Below, in pieces: positions 44,913 to 54,029 of a DNA stretch of 64,000 nt. The notes under the pieces are model-generated. The model did no database searches, had not been told where the DNA came from, and was given only the letters and a program-made list of their open reading frames with translations. Source of the stretch: Acidobacteriota bacterium (GTDB lineage: Bacteria; Actinomycetota; Acidimicrobiia; Acidimicrobiales; Ilumatobacteraceae). Positions within the stretch are counted from its first letter, which is position 1. Each line of letters begins with the position of its first letter. The position numbers were made by a program, and so were the translations under genes. The DNA lies in assembly GCA_018969685.1 (NCBI GenBank), contig JAGWXX010000001.1, positions 3,223 to 67,222 of the forward strand. Direction: 5' to 3'.

Positions 44913-45509
44913 TCACACCGGGATGAGGTAGATGAGGGTGAAGATGACGATCCACACGATGTCGACGAAGTGCCAGTACAGGCCGATCATCTCCACCGTC
45001 TCCGACTTGCTGCCGGGGATCCTGTTTCGCCTGACCATCGCCACCAGGGCGAAGAGCATGATGATGCCGACGGTCACGTGGACGCCGTGGAACCCCGTCA
45101 GGACGTAGAAGCTCGACGCGAAGAGGCTCGTGGAGAATCCGAGGCCCTCGTTGTAGAAGGCGGTGAACTCGTACACCTGCCCGCCCACGAACGTGGCGCC
45201 CAGGAGTGCGGTGACCGTCAGCCACAGCACCGTGGACCGGTCGTCGGCCTTGGCCGCGGCCGAGACGGCCAGCACCATCGTCAGCGAGCTCATCAGCAGG
45301 ACGAAGCTGCTCACCGAGGTGAACGGGATGTCGAAGACCTGCATCGGGGTCGGACCCTCGCCGACCCGTCCGCGGTACAGCATGTAGGTCGAGATCAGCC
45401 CGCCGAAGAGCAGGCACTCCGACCCGAGGAACAGCCACATCCCCAACTTGATGTTGGAGATGCCGGTCGACCCGTGCTGGGCGCCGTGCTCCTGCACCAG
45501 TTCAGCCAT
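44913..45509 (-). CDS. ctaE: Cytochrome c oxidase subunit III
   Basis: GMWLFLGSECLLFG, FYVLTGFHGVHVTVG, GLYWHFVDIVW motifs. Confidence 0.9.
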   Translation of the reverse strand: MAELVQEHGAQHGSTGISNIKLGMWLFLGSECLLFGGLISTYMLYRGRVGEGPTPMQVFDIPFTSVSSFVLLMSSLTMVLAVSAAAKADDRSTVLWLTVTALLGATFVGGQVYEFTAFYNEGLGFSTSLFASSFYVLTGFHGVHVTVGIIMLFALVAMVRRNRIPGSKSETVEMIGLYWHFVDIVWIVIFTLIYLIPV

Positions 45510-47481
45510 GGCGCACCACCTCGGTCGACGGGGCCGCCGGCGGATCCACGTCCTCGTCGCGGGCGGTCGACGGTTCGATCGCCCAGCCGAAGCAACCCAG
45601 CACGACGATCAGCCCGCCGACGATGGCGACCGGAATCGAATAGATGAGGCCGAAGGCAATCACCGGAAGGCCGAGTGCCAGGACGATCGGCCAGTACGAG
45701 GGCGACGGCATGTGGATGTGCGCGTCCTTGTTGCGCTCCATCTCGGCGAGGATCTCCTCGGCCCCCTGCACCTTGCGGATCTCGCCGCTCTGGTGGTCCT
45801 CCGCGTACTTGCGGTGGAAGAACTCGTCGAGGTGCCCGACGGTGGGGATGCTGTCGAAGTTGTGCTCCTTGGGCGGATTCGAGGTCATCCACTCGAGGCT
45901 GCGCGCGTCCCACGGGTCGAGCGGCGCCTGCGCACCCCTGCGGGCCGTGACCAGGACGTTGATGAAGAAGAAGAGCACGCCGACCGCGAGGATGATCGAC
46001 CCGATCGACGCCACGAGGTTCCAGAAGGCGAGGTTGAAGAAGCCCTCCCCCGCACGTGCCTCGGTCCAGATGTACATGCGCCGCGGCTGGCCCTGCAGCC
46101 CGAGGATGTGCATCGGCCCGAAGGTCAGGTTCATGCCGATCGCCATGAGCCAGAAGTTCCAGTTGCCGATGCGCTCGCTCAGCAGCTTCCCGAACATCTT
46201 CGGCCACCAGTAGTACATGCCCGAGAAGATGCCGAAGATCGCCCCGCCGAACAGCACGTAGTGGAAGTGGGCGACGATGTAGTAGGTGTCCGTCTGCTGC
46301 GTGTCCGAGGGCGCGACCGCGTGCGTGACGCCCGACAGGCCGCCCACCGTGAACAGCACGATCAGGGCGATCGCGAACTTCATCGCCACCGTGAACTGGA
46401 GCTTCCCGCCCCACAGCGTCATGGTCCAGTTGACGACCTTGACGCCGGTGGGCACCGCGATGGCCATCGTCGCCACCGAGAACACCGCCACCGACACCGG
46501 CCCGAGACCCGAGGCGAACATGTGGTGCGCCCACACGCCCCAGCCCACGAAGCCGATCGCGGCTCCAGAGAACACGACGAACGGGTAGCCGAACAGCGGC
46601 TTGCGGGAGAAGACCGGCAGGACCTCGGAGATGATGCCGAAGCTCGGGAGGATGAGGATGTACACCTCGGGGTGCCCGAAGATCCAGAACAGGTGCTGCC
46701 ACAGCAGCGGGTCGGCCCCTGCCGCCACGTCGAAGAACGTCGCGCCGAAGTTGCGCTGGAACATCAGCAGGAACAGCGCGACGGTGATGACCGGCATGGC
46801 GAAGAGCAGCAGGAACTGCACGACGGTCGCCATCCACGTGAAGACCGGCATCTTCATCAGGCTCATGCCCGGTGCGCGCATGTTGAGCACGGTGACGATC
46901 AGGTTCACCGCACCGGTCAGCGACGCGATGCCGGTGATCTGCAGGCCGAGCGCCCAGAAGTCGACGCCGTGCGACGGCGAGAAGACCGGGCCCGAGTTCG
47001 GGGCGTACATGAACCACCCGCCGTCCGCCGCGCCGCCGAGGAACCAGGCGAGGTTGAGGAAGATGCCGCCGAAGAGGAACGCCCAGAAGCCGAACGCGTT
47101 GATCCGCGGGAATGCGACGTCTCGCGCACCGACCTGCAGCGGGATGAAGTAGTTCGCGAACGCGCTGACCATCGGCATCACGAAGAGGAACACCATCGTC
47201 GTGGCGTGCATCGTGAACATCTGGTTGTACAGGTCGGCGTTGAGCACCCGGCCGTCCGGCAGCGCGAGCTGCAGGCGGATCAGCACCGCCTCGAGGCCGC
47301 CCACGACGAAGAAGAAGAGCGCCGTTGCGCCGTACATGATGCCGAGCTTCTTGTGGTCGACGGTGAAGAGCCACGACCGCCAGCCGTGCTGGGTCGTCAC
47401 CGGGCGCTTCAGGGCGCCCAACGACGCGGACGGGATGGCCGGCACCGTGGCGGGTGCCGAGGGGCGTTCGATGATGGCCAT
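45502..47481 (-). CDS. ctaD: Cytochrome c oxidase subunit I (A-type) with two-helix C-terminal extension
   Basis: All ligand motifs present (FTMHATTM, WIFGHPEVY, WAHHMF, VAHFHYV). 659 aa, with a C-terminal MPSPSYWPIVLALGLPV... hairpin. Confidence 0.95.
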   Translation of the reverse strand: MAIIERPSAPATVPAIPSASLGALKRPVTTQHGWRSWLFTVDHKKLGIMYGATALFFFVVGGLEAVLIRLQLALPDGRVLNADLYNQMFTMHATTMVFLFVMPMVSAFANYFIPLQVGARDVAFPRINAFGFWAFLFGGIFLNLAWFLGGAADGGWFMYAPNSGPVFSPSHGVDFWALGLQITGIASLTGAVNLIVTVLNMRAPGMSLMKMPVFTWMATVVQFLLLFAMPVITVALFLLMFQRNFGATFFDVAAGADPLLWQHLFWIFGHPEVYILILPSFGIISEVLPVFSRKPLFGYPFVVFSGAAIGFVGWGVWAHHMFASGLGPVSVAVFSVATMAIAVPTGVKVVNWTMTLWGGKLQFTVAMKFAIALIVLFTVGGLSGVTHAVAPSDTQQTDTYYIVAHFHYVLFGGAIFGIFSGMYYWWPKMFGKLLSERIGNWNFWLMAIGMNLTFGPMHILGLQGQPRRMYIWTEARAGEGFFNLAFWNLVASIGSIILAVGVLFFFINVLVTARRGAQAPLDPWDARSLEWMTSNPPKEHNFDSIPTVGHLDEFFHRKYAEDHQSGEIRKVQGAEEILAEMERNKDAHIHMPSPSYWPIVLALGLPVIAFGLIYSIPVAIVGGLIVVLGCFGWAIEPSTARDEDVDPPAAPSTEVVRHG

Positions 47482-47496
47482 GTCGGTGCTCCGTCC

Positions 47497-48720
47497 TTAC
47501 TTCAGCGTCACGAGGTAGGCGACCAGTTTCTCGATGTCCGACTCCGTCAGCGCGAGATACGGCATGCCGCGGTACTTGCCGCCCGTTCCTGCGAGCAGCG
47601 CGGGGTTCGCGTACATCGGCTTCATCTCGGGCGCGTTGCGGAGCCAGCCGCGCAGGTCGGTCTGGTTCAGGCAGTCCTCCGAGACGCCGGCCAGGTACTT
47701 CGACCCGAAGTCGGCGGGTGACGCCTCCCACACGTCCCTGCGGCACGCGGGGGTGAGGAGGTCGAACATCGCGCCGGCAAACGTGTTGCGCGACATCAGC
47801 TTGGAGAGGTTCGGCGCGGCGCCCGACACGACGTTCTCGTCGGGCGCGGCGATCGCCGGCGACCCGTCGGCGCGCTCGAGGCCGTTGACCTGGTGGCATC
47901 GCACGCACTGGTTGAGGAACACCGCCTCGCCTTCCTTCGCGAGGCCGTCGGCGGGCGACTCGTACGGTGCCAGCTGCTGCGCCACCCAGGCGGCGAAGTC
48001 CTCCTTGCTGAGCGCCACCGCCTCCATCCGCATGTTCGCGTGCGACAGGCCGCAGAACTCGGTGCACTGCCCCGCGTAGATGCCGGGCTCGTCGGCCTCG
48101 ATGCGATTGAGGTGGACGCGGCCCGGGACGGCGTCGCGCTTGCCGTTCAGGCGGGGGATCCAGTACGAGTGGATCACGTCGCGACTGGTCTGGCGGAGCA
48201 TGACCTTCGTGCCGACGGGGATGACCAGCTGACCGGAGGTGATGATCGGCTGGGTGATGCCGAACTCCTCCTGGACCGGATAGTCGTACTCCCACCACCA
48301 CTGCTGGCCGGTGACGTTGATGACCATCTCGGTGTCGTCCGTCTTGGAGAGGTCGAACACCGTGCGCACCGTGAAGACGCCGATCACCGCGAGGATCAGC
48401 GCCGGGATGATCGTCAGCGTGATCTCCAGCACGGGCTTGCCGTGCGTCTGCTTCGGGATCGCCTGGCCTCGGTCGCGGAAGCGGAAGATCGCCCAACCCA
48501 CTGCGGCGGCGACGATCAGGCCGACGATGCCTGCCACGGCGAAGACCGGCCGCTGCAGGTCGTCGATCATCTGCGCGTTCGGGCCGGCCGGATCCCACGT
48601 GTCCTGCGGCGCGTTGCTGGCGCAGCCCGCGAGCGCGACCAGCGCGAGGGCCGGAAGCACTCGACGACGCATGGACCCGAGCCTATTGACGGCGGTCGGA
48701 CGCGGACGGGCGGAGGTCAT
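47497..48720 (-). CDS. ctaC: Cytochrome c oxidase subunit II with fused C-terminal cytochrome c domain (caa3 type)
   Basis: ATG 48720 (ATGA overlap with upstream gene); alternative ATG 48672. Lipobox LAGC, CuA site HSYWIP...CTEFCGLSHANM and haem c motif CVRCH. Confidence 0.9.
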   Translation of the reverse strand: MTSARPRPTAVNRLGSMRRRVLPALALVALAGCASNAPQDTWDPAGPNAQMIDDLQRPVFAVAGIVGLIVAAAVGWAIFRFRDRGQAIPKQTHGKPVLEITLTIIPALILAVIGVFTVRTVFDLSKTDDTEMVINVTGQQWWWEYDYPVQEEFGITQPIITSGQLVIPVGTKVMLRQTSRDVIHSYWIPRLNGKRDAVPGRVHLNRIEADEPGIYAGQCTEFCGLSHANMRMEAVALSKEDFAAWVAQQLAPYESPADGLAKEGEAVFLNQCVRCHQVNGLERADGSPAIAAPDENVVSGAAPNLSKLMSRNTFAGAMFDLLTPACRRDVWEASPADFGSKYLAGVSEDCLNQTDLRGWLRNAPEMKPMYANPALLAGTGGKYRGMPYLALTESDIEKLVAYLVTLK

Positions 48721-49826
48721 GGAACGATCACCTCGATCGACTGCCCCTCGATGCCGGCGACCTCGAGCACGTAGGCACCGGGTTCGAGGGATGGCTTGGG
48801 GATGGTCAGCGTGAGCAGCTGCTCTGCGCCGCTGGGAATGAGCTGCGTGCACTGCTCGACTTCCTCCACGACGCCCTCGGCGACCGGCGCCGTGCCCAGT
48901 CGTGCGACGAGGCGGAAGTCGCCCTCCGTCTTGTTGCGGAAGATGATCGACGACGGGTTCGAGCGGGGAATCGTGATGCGGTCGGTCTCTGCGGGGTTGC
49001 CCTGGACCCGCGCCACGAGCGTGCCTTCGACGAACTCCACCGTCGCAATGACGGCGCTTCGCGACGACACGCCGAGCAACGCGTGCTTGTCGCCGTACTT
49101 GTCCTTCTCGGGGCCGCACGTGCGGTGGGTGTAGTGGCCCTCGGACTTCGCCTCCACCAGCTCCGCCCGGATTCCGGACGACGCGCCGCCCACGCCGCCA
49201 GCGACGAGCCCGACGGCGCCGACCGCGCAGACGCCGGCAACCAGCGACCGCTTCAAGCCCGGCCGCACCGCGAAGAGGACTCCGCCCACCAGCACCAGCG
49301 ACGCGAACACGATGAACAAGACGGCTCCCGCGCTCTTGCTGACGGCGAGCATGATCCGCGAGAACGAGAGGATCACCACGGCAGACCCGATCGTGGCGAG
49401 CACCGGGAACTCGAGCGGCTGCATGATGCGCCCGCGGAGGTCGGCGTTGTGGGCCGGATCCGCCGAGGCGCGGTCGCTCCACGACTGGACGGTCCATTCG
49501 ACGAACGCCGCCACGACGACGACGACGCCGAGGATCAGCACCGCGGGACGGGTGATCGTGCCCACGAGCACCAGCGCAACACCCGCCGCGGCCATGAACG
49601 GCCACATGCCCGGGGAGGGAACGGCCGACGCCGCGGGCGACGACTCGTCGGGCTCGCCGTCGCGCGACCAGAGGGCGAGCCATGCGGCGAGCGCCACCGC
49701 CGGCACGAATCCGAACAGTGCCGTGGCGCCGATCGACGACGGGTTCACCAGCACCATGAACACCGCGAACGACACGGCTCCCAGCGCCGACAACCCGATG
49801 AAGAACTTGGAACCGGTGGTGAACAT
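48717..49826 (-). CDS. Membrane protein with subunit-IV-like hairpin and C-terminal cupredoxin-like beta domain lacking Cu ligands (hypothetical)
   Basis: 369 aa. Several TM helices including SPGMWPFMAAAGVALVLVG. C-terminal RITIPRSNPSSIIFRNKTEGDF...EPGAYVLEV beta-rich domain. Translationally coupled to ctaC. Confidence 0.5.
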   Translation of the reverse strand: MFTTGSKFFIGLSALGAVSFAVFMVLVNPSSIGATALFGFVPAVALAAWLALWSRDGEPDESSPAASAVPSPGMWPFMAAAGVALVLVGTITRPAVLILGVVVVVAAFVEWTVQSWSDRASADPAHNADLRGRIMQPLEFPVLATIGSAVVILSFSRIMLAVSKSAGAVLFIVFASLVLVGGVLFAVRPGLKRSLVAGVCAVGAVGLVAGGVGGASSGIRAELVEAKSEGHYTHRTCGPEKDKYGDKHALLGVSSRSAVIATVEFVEGTLVARVQGNPAETDRITIPRSNPSSIIFRNKTEGDFRLVARLGTAPVAEGVVEEVEQCTQLIPSGAEQLLTLTIPKPSLEPGAYVLEVAGIEGQSIEVIVP

Positions 49827-49830
49827 GGCC

Positions 49831-50445
49831 CTACTTCTGCACGTAGACGACGAACCACAGCGCGATGAACGCCGTGGCGAGGAAGTACCAGTAGAGCGCG
49901 TGCGCGGTGAAGACGTCGCGGTCGCCGAGTCGGCCCGCGGCGGCGCGGAACATGGCGACGAGCGAGAACGCCACCCCGCTGACGATGAGGGCGAGCACGG
50001 TGCCGGTCACCGCGTAGAACATCGTCTGGTAGGCCCCGTCCATCAGCACGAGCCCCATCTGCACCCAGATCGCTACCTGGGCGTTCACCGCGGCGAGGCC
50101 GAGGAACGCGGTCAGTGCGAGCGCCATCGTGGCGTGCCGCGAATCGTCGCGCTTCGCCGAATACACGGCCCACTGTGCGATCACGCAGATGACCACCATC
50201 GTGATCGCCATCGTGTTCGTCGCGACCTCGGGAACCGGGATGTCGGCCGGAAGCCAGTCGCGGATCATCTTCCCCGACGACGACTCGCGCAGCGGAGCCG
50301 CGTCACGGAAGCGGAACCACGTGCCGAGCATGCCGAACACGAGCATCGAACCCGCAGCCGCAACCGCAACCGTCGCCGACACGACGACGTTGCGCGGCGC
50401 CGCAGGCGCGGCGTCCGGAAAACGGACCTCGAGCGCACCGCTCAT
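49831..50445 (-). CDS. Haem-copper oxidase subunit III-like paralogue
   Basis: ATG 50445 with GGGGGAGG SD (ATGA overlap). FYAVTGTVLALIVSG and HALYWYFLATAFIALWF parallel the CtaE motifs. Confidence 0.65.
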   Translation of the reverse strand: MSGALEVRFPDAAPAAPRNVVVSATVAVAAAGSMLVFGMLGTWFRFRDAAPLRESSSGKMIRDWLPADIPVPEVATNTMAITMVVICVIAQWAVYSAKRDDSRHATMALALTAFLGLAAVNAQVAIWVQMGLVLMDGAYQTMFYAVTGTVLALIVSGVAFSLVAMFRAAAGRLGDRDVFTAHALYWYFLATAFIALWFVVYVQK

Positions 50446-51881
50446 GCTGCCTCCCCCTTGCTCCGCACCACGGCGGCGACGGCGGTCAGCGCGGCGAGGG
50501 CCACGAGGAGGTGCCCGGCCGCGGACGCGCCGTTGAGCAGCGCCACGGCACCGGACGAGTCGTAGTCGACCGAGTCCCACGACGGCTGGTCCATGAACCC
50601 CGCGACGTACATCGGCAGCGACGACAGCACGGTGCCGAGGAAGCCGACGCCCGTCACGACCACCGCGGGACGGACCGCGATACGACGGCCACCCTGCAGA
50701 CCGACCACCCCGCCCCAGGCGGCGAGCGCGAGTCCGTACGCCACGTAGAGGCCGGTGCCTTCGTCGAGGACGGTGCCGCCGACGCCGACCGCCTCGACGG
50801 TCGACAGAGCGTGGCCGACCATGCCCGTCAGCACCATGCCCATGCCCAGGAAGGCCGGCGCAAATCCTGCGCCCAGCTGGCGCACGCCGGAACGCACGGC
50901 GAGCAGCGCCGCCGCCAGCACGGCAAGCACGCCGAGGACCGGCAGGAGGTTGTAGAACGCCCACGGCACGAGGTTGCGGACGGTCTCGCCCGCCGACCCC
51001 TCCGCGTCGAGCTGCACCACCGTCTGCGTGACCGACCCGACCACCGCAGCCGCGACGAGCGCGATGCCCACCTGGAGCGCGGCGCCGAGCGCGCGGGGCG
51101 CACCGGGCGAACGGGGGAGGATGCCGGCGAGGATGCCCGCACCGAGGGCCGCGACGACGTACGACTGCGGCGCACCGAGCGCCCAGCCGAGGTGCCCGGC
51201 AGCGCCCTCCGCGCCGCCGAACGCGAACTGTCCGTACCTGAGGTCGACCGCGACGTAGACCAGCGTGCCGAGCAGCACCGGCAGCGACAGCAGCATCGCA
51301 AAGGACGACACGAAGGCGCCCCACGCAGCGGGCTGTGCGTCGGCAAGGGCTAGGTCCGGGCGACGGGACGCGAAGACCGTGGTGAAGACCGAGAGCGCAA
51401 CGGCGAGCAGGCCGACGACGACGGCGCCCATGCCGAGGAGGTGGAGGTCGAGCATCGACGCCTGCTCCGCGCCGGGACGTCCGTCCACCACGGCCGCCCA
51501 CGCCACCATGACGAGTCCCGCGAGCCACAGCCAGCCGCCGAACGATGCGGTGCGCGCGAGCGCGACGGTTCGGGAGCCGACGAGGCGCGGCACGACGAGC
51601 ACCGCCGTGCCGAGCAGCAGCGGCGCGGCGAACCCGTACAGCGCGGTGCTGCGCAGCAGCGATGCGAACTGGGCGGTCGCCTCGTCCTCGAACACGCGGC
51701 GCGTCGAGTCGATGCGCTCGAGGGAGTACAGGGCCGCGACGACGGCATAGACCAGCAGCCAGATTCCCGCCGGCACGCCGACCACGGCGGCGATCGTCCG
51801 GGAATCGGTCGACACCAACGGCGCGACTGCCGTTGCGCGGTGCGGTGCGGCGGTCGCCGCGGGGGGCTGAACTGCGGTCAT
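50442..51881 (-). CDS. Haem-copper oxidase subunit I-like 12-TM paralogue lacking all canonical His ligands
   Basis: 479 aa. Collinear by-eye similarity to CtaD (VPRLVGSRTVALARTASFGGW, GHLGWALGAPQSY, LYVAYGLALAAWGG) with every ligand His substituted. Confidence 0.6.
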   Translation of the reverse strand: MTAVQPPAATAAPHRATAVAPLVSTDSRTIAAVVGVPAGIWLLVYAVVAALYSLERIDSTRRVFEDEATAQFASLLRSTALYGFAAPLLLGTAVLVVPRLVGSRTVALARTASFGGWLWLAGLVMVAWAAVVDGRPGAEQASMLDLHLLGMGAVVVGLLAVALSVFTTVFASRRPDLALADAQPAAWGAFVSSFAMLLSLPVLLGTLVYVAVDLRYGQFAFGGAEGAAGHLGWALGAPQSYVVAALGAGILAGILPRSPGAPRALGAALQVGIALVAAAVVGSVTQTVVQLDAEGSAGETVRNLVPWAFYNLLPVLGVLAVLAAALLAVRSGVRQLGAGFAPAFLGMGMVLTGMVGHALSTVEAVGVGGTVLDEGTGLYVAYGLALAAWGGVVGLQGGRRIAVRPAVVVTGVGFLGTVLSSLPMYVAGFMDQPSWDSVDYDSSGAVALLNGASAAGHLLVALAALTAVAAVVRSKGEAA

Positions 51882-51939
51882 GGCGCCCCCGACACTAACA
51901 ACGGACGGCCGGAGCGCCCGACCTTGCCCGCTTGCGCAG

Positions 51940-52881
51940 TCACCCGACCAGCACGTCCACCATCACCGCGGCGAAGAGCGCCGTCACGTAGGTGATGGAG
52001 AACGAGAAGACGGACATGGCCCGCTCGGGCGTGGGCCGTCGCGCGATGCTCGCCGTGGCGATCAGGAACGCGGCGCCGAATGACACGGCTGTAGCGCCGT
52101 AGATCCAACCGAGACCCGTCGTCACGAACGGCAGCCACAGCGTCAGCGCCACCACCACGACGGTGTAGGCGACCATCGCACGCACGGTCCGCTGCAGCGG
52201 CGCGACGGCGGGCAGCATCGGCACGCTCGCGGCCCGGTAGTCGTCGGCATGGCGGATGGCCAGCGCCCAGAAGTGCGGCGGGGTCCAGAAGAAGATGACC
52301 GCAAAGAGGATCCACGGCGCCGCCGCGAGGCCGTCGGCCACCGCCGCCCAGCCGACCAGCGCCGGCACCGCCCCCGCCGCGCCGCCGATGACGATGTTCT
52401 GGCGGCTCGTCCGCTTCAACCACAGCGAGTAGACGACGACGTAGAACGCGGTGGCGGAGAGGGCGAGGAGGGCCGCCAGGAGGTTGGCGCCCAGCCACAG
52501 CACCGCGAACGCCGCCACCTCGAGCAGGACCGCGAAGACCATCGCGCGCGCCGGATCGAGCGCGCCCGTGACGAGCGGACGGTGCTGGGTGCGCACCATC
52601 AACCGGTCGATGTCCCGGTCGATCACCATGTTGATGGCGTTCGCACCGCCTGCCGCGAGCGCGCCGCCCGCAACCGTCACCGCCACGAGTCCCCAGCCCG
52701 GCCAGCGACCGGCGGCGAGGACCATCGTCGGGACCGTGGTGACCAGCAGCAGCTCGATGATGCGCGGCTTCGTCAGCGCGACGTAGGCGCGCCACCCTGT
52801 CGCGGCACCGCGCGTCCCGCCGTGCCCGAGCACCAGCGATCCCACGCGCGACGGAACGATGGGCTTCGCGGCTCGCGTCAC
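51940..52881 (-). CDS. ctaB: Protohaem IX farnesyltransferase (haem O synthase)
   Basis: GTG 52881. [44 protein letters not shown] motifs. Confidence 0.9.
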   Translation of the reverse strand: MTRAAKPIVPSRVGSLVLGHGGTRGAATGWRAYVALTKPRIIELLLVTTVPTMVLAAGRWPGWGLVAVTVAGGALAAGGANAINMVIDRDIDRLMVRTQHRPLVTGALDPARAMVFAVLLEVAAFAVLWLGANLLAALLALSATAFYVVVYSLWLKRTSRQNIVIGGAAGAVPALVGWAAVADGLAAAPWILFAVIFFWTPPHFWALAIRHADDYRAASVPMLPAVAPLQRTVRAMVAYTVVVVALTLWLPFVTTGLGWIYGATAVSFGAAFLIATASIARRPTPERAMSVFSFSITYVTALFAAVMVDVLVG

Positions 52882-52887
52882 CCCGTC

Positions 52888-52893
52888 AGACTA
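52888..52893 (-). promoter_or_regulatory. Candidate -10 hexamer TAGTCT for leaderless ctaB
   Basis: TANNNT on the minus strand, 6 nt upstream of GTG 52881. No SD. Confidence 0.35.
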
Positions 52894-52962
52894 CGAGCGC
52901 CCGCACCTGCCCTTCCATCCGGTTGCGGCACGGCTGCGGCTGCACAACGGCACAATGGGCGC

Positions 52963-53253
52963 GTGACCGACGTCGCAACCGCTCCCGTCGACGAGACCAC
53001 GACGGTCGACGACCGCCCGTGGCTCGTGATCGTCTGGAACGACCCGATCAACCTCATGTCGTACGTCACGTTCGTCCTGCAGAAGCTGTTCGGATACTCG
53101 CTCGAGAAGGCGACCGCGCTGATGCTCGACATCCACCACAAGGGCCGCGCCGTCGTGTCGCAGGGCACGCGCGAGCGCGCGGAGCTCGACGTCTACCGCC
53201 TGCACGAGCACGGGCTCTGGGCGACCATGACGAAGGACGGTGGCGACGCGTGA
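52963..53253 (+). CDS. clpS: ATP-dependent Clp protease adaptor ClpS
   Basis: GTG 52963. [25 protein letters not shown]...HHKGRAVV motif block. Confidence 0.9.
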   Translation: MTDVATAPVDETTTVDDRPWLVIVWNDPINLMSYVTFVLQKLFGYSLEKATALMLDIHHKGRAVVSQGTRERAELDVYRLHEHGLWATMTKDGGDA

Positions 53254-53741
53254 GCGACTTGTCGGGCCCGGTGCGGCGGGAGGGCGACGGGTTCGTGCTC
53301 GGGGTCGACGCCGAGGACCGCGCGACGCTCGTCGGGTTGATCGGCCAGCTGCGCGACGAGATCGCGGCCGACGGCCGCAGCGAGCACCTCCGACGGCTCT
53401 TCCCCGCCGCGTACCACGACCATGCCGAGCACGAGGCCGAGTACCAGCGCCTCGTCCACGAGGACCTCGCGTCGACGCGGCTCGCGTCGCTGGTCACCGT
53501 CGGCGAGGTGCTCGGGTGCGATCCCGGGTCAGACGAGCTCGAACTCGGTGAGGACGACCTTGACGCGCTCATGCGCGCGCTGAACGACCTTCGGCTCGTG
53601 ATCGGCACGCTGCTGGACGTCTCCGAGGACACCGACGCCGGGGACGTCGGCCCCGACGACCCCGACTTCGGGCACTTCCAGCTGTACGGGTACCTCGGAT
53701 GGCTGCTCGAGGGCATCGTGCAGGCGCGGATGGGCGGCTGA
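53250..53741 (+). CDS. DUF2017-like acidic protein, conserved ClpS partner in Actinobacteria
   Basis: GTG 53250 (GTGA overlap with clpS). Acidic 163-aa protein. Assignment by context and composition. Confidence 0.6.
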   Translation: MSDLSGPVRREGDGFVLGVDAEDRATLVGLIGQLRDEIAADGRSEHLRRLFPAAYHDHAEHEAEYQRLVHEDLASTRLASLVTVGEVLGCDPGSDELELGEDDLDALMRALNDLRLVIGTLLDVSEDTDAGDVGPDDPDFGHFQLYGYLGWLLEGIVQARMGG

Positions 53742-53785
53742 TCCCGACGTCCCCGTGCCCATGCCGAACCGGCGGGGGCGGCTGG

Positions 53786-53791
53786 TAGATT
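53786..53791 (+). promoter_or_regulatory. Candidate -10 hexamer TAGATT for the tRNA cluster
   Basis: TANNNT 33 nt upstream of tRNA-Glu. No clear -35. Confidence 0.25.
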
Positions 53792-53824
53792 TCCCGTGCT
53801 CTTCCAACGGGCGAGCGAACGCTT

Positions 53825-53897
53825 GCCCCCATCGTCTAGTGGCCTAGGACACCACCCTTTCAAGGTGGCGGCACGGGTTCGAATCCCGTTGGGGGTG
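53825..53897 (+). tRNA. tRNA-Glu (anticodon UUC)
   Basis: Cloverleaf read by eye: acceptor GCCCCCA/TGGGGGT, anticodon arm CCACC-CTTTCAA-GGTGG, T arm ACGGG-TTCGAAT-CCCGT. No encoded CCA. Confidence 0.9.
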
Positions 53898-53931
53898 CAG
53901 AAGAAATGGTCAGTCCTGTTCGTCAGGTACT

Positions 53932-54006
53932 GGTCCCGTGGTGAAGTTTGGAGTTCACGCCGGCCTGTCAAGCCGGAGGTCGCGGGTTCAAATCCCGTCG
54001 GGACCG
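53932..54006 (+). tRNA. tRNA-Asp (anticodon GUC)
   Basis: GGTCCCG.../...CGGGACC acceptor, anticodon loop CTGTCAA, T arm GCGGG-TTCAAAT-CCCGT. No encoded CCA. Confidence 0.9.
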
Positions 54007-54029
54007 CTGGGTGGTGCGTGCACCACCTT

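Noticed and set aside
54010-54027. Perfect 7-bp hairpin GGTGGTG-CGTG-CACCACC in the spacer between tRNA-Asp and tRNA-Phe.
   Set aside because: It is real in sequence but is most simply a processing-spacer structure. It is too small and isolated to call a regulatory element.
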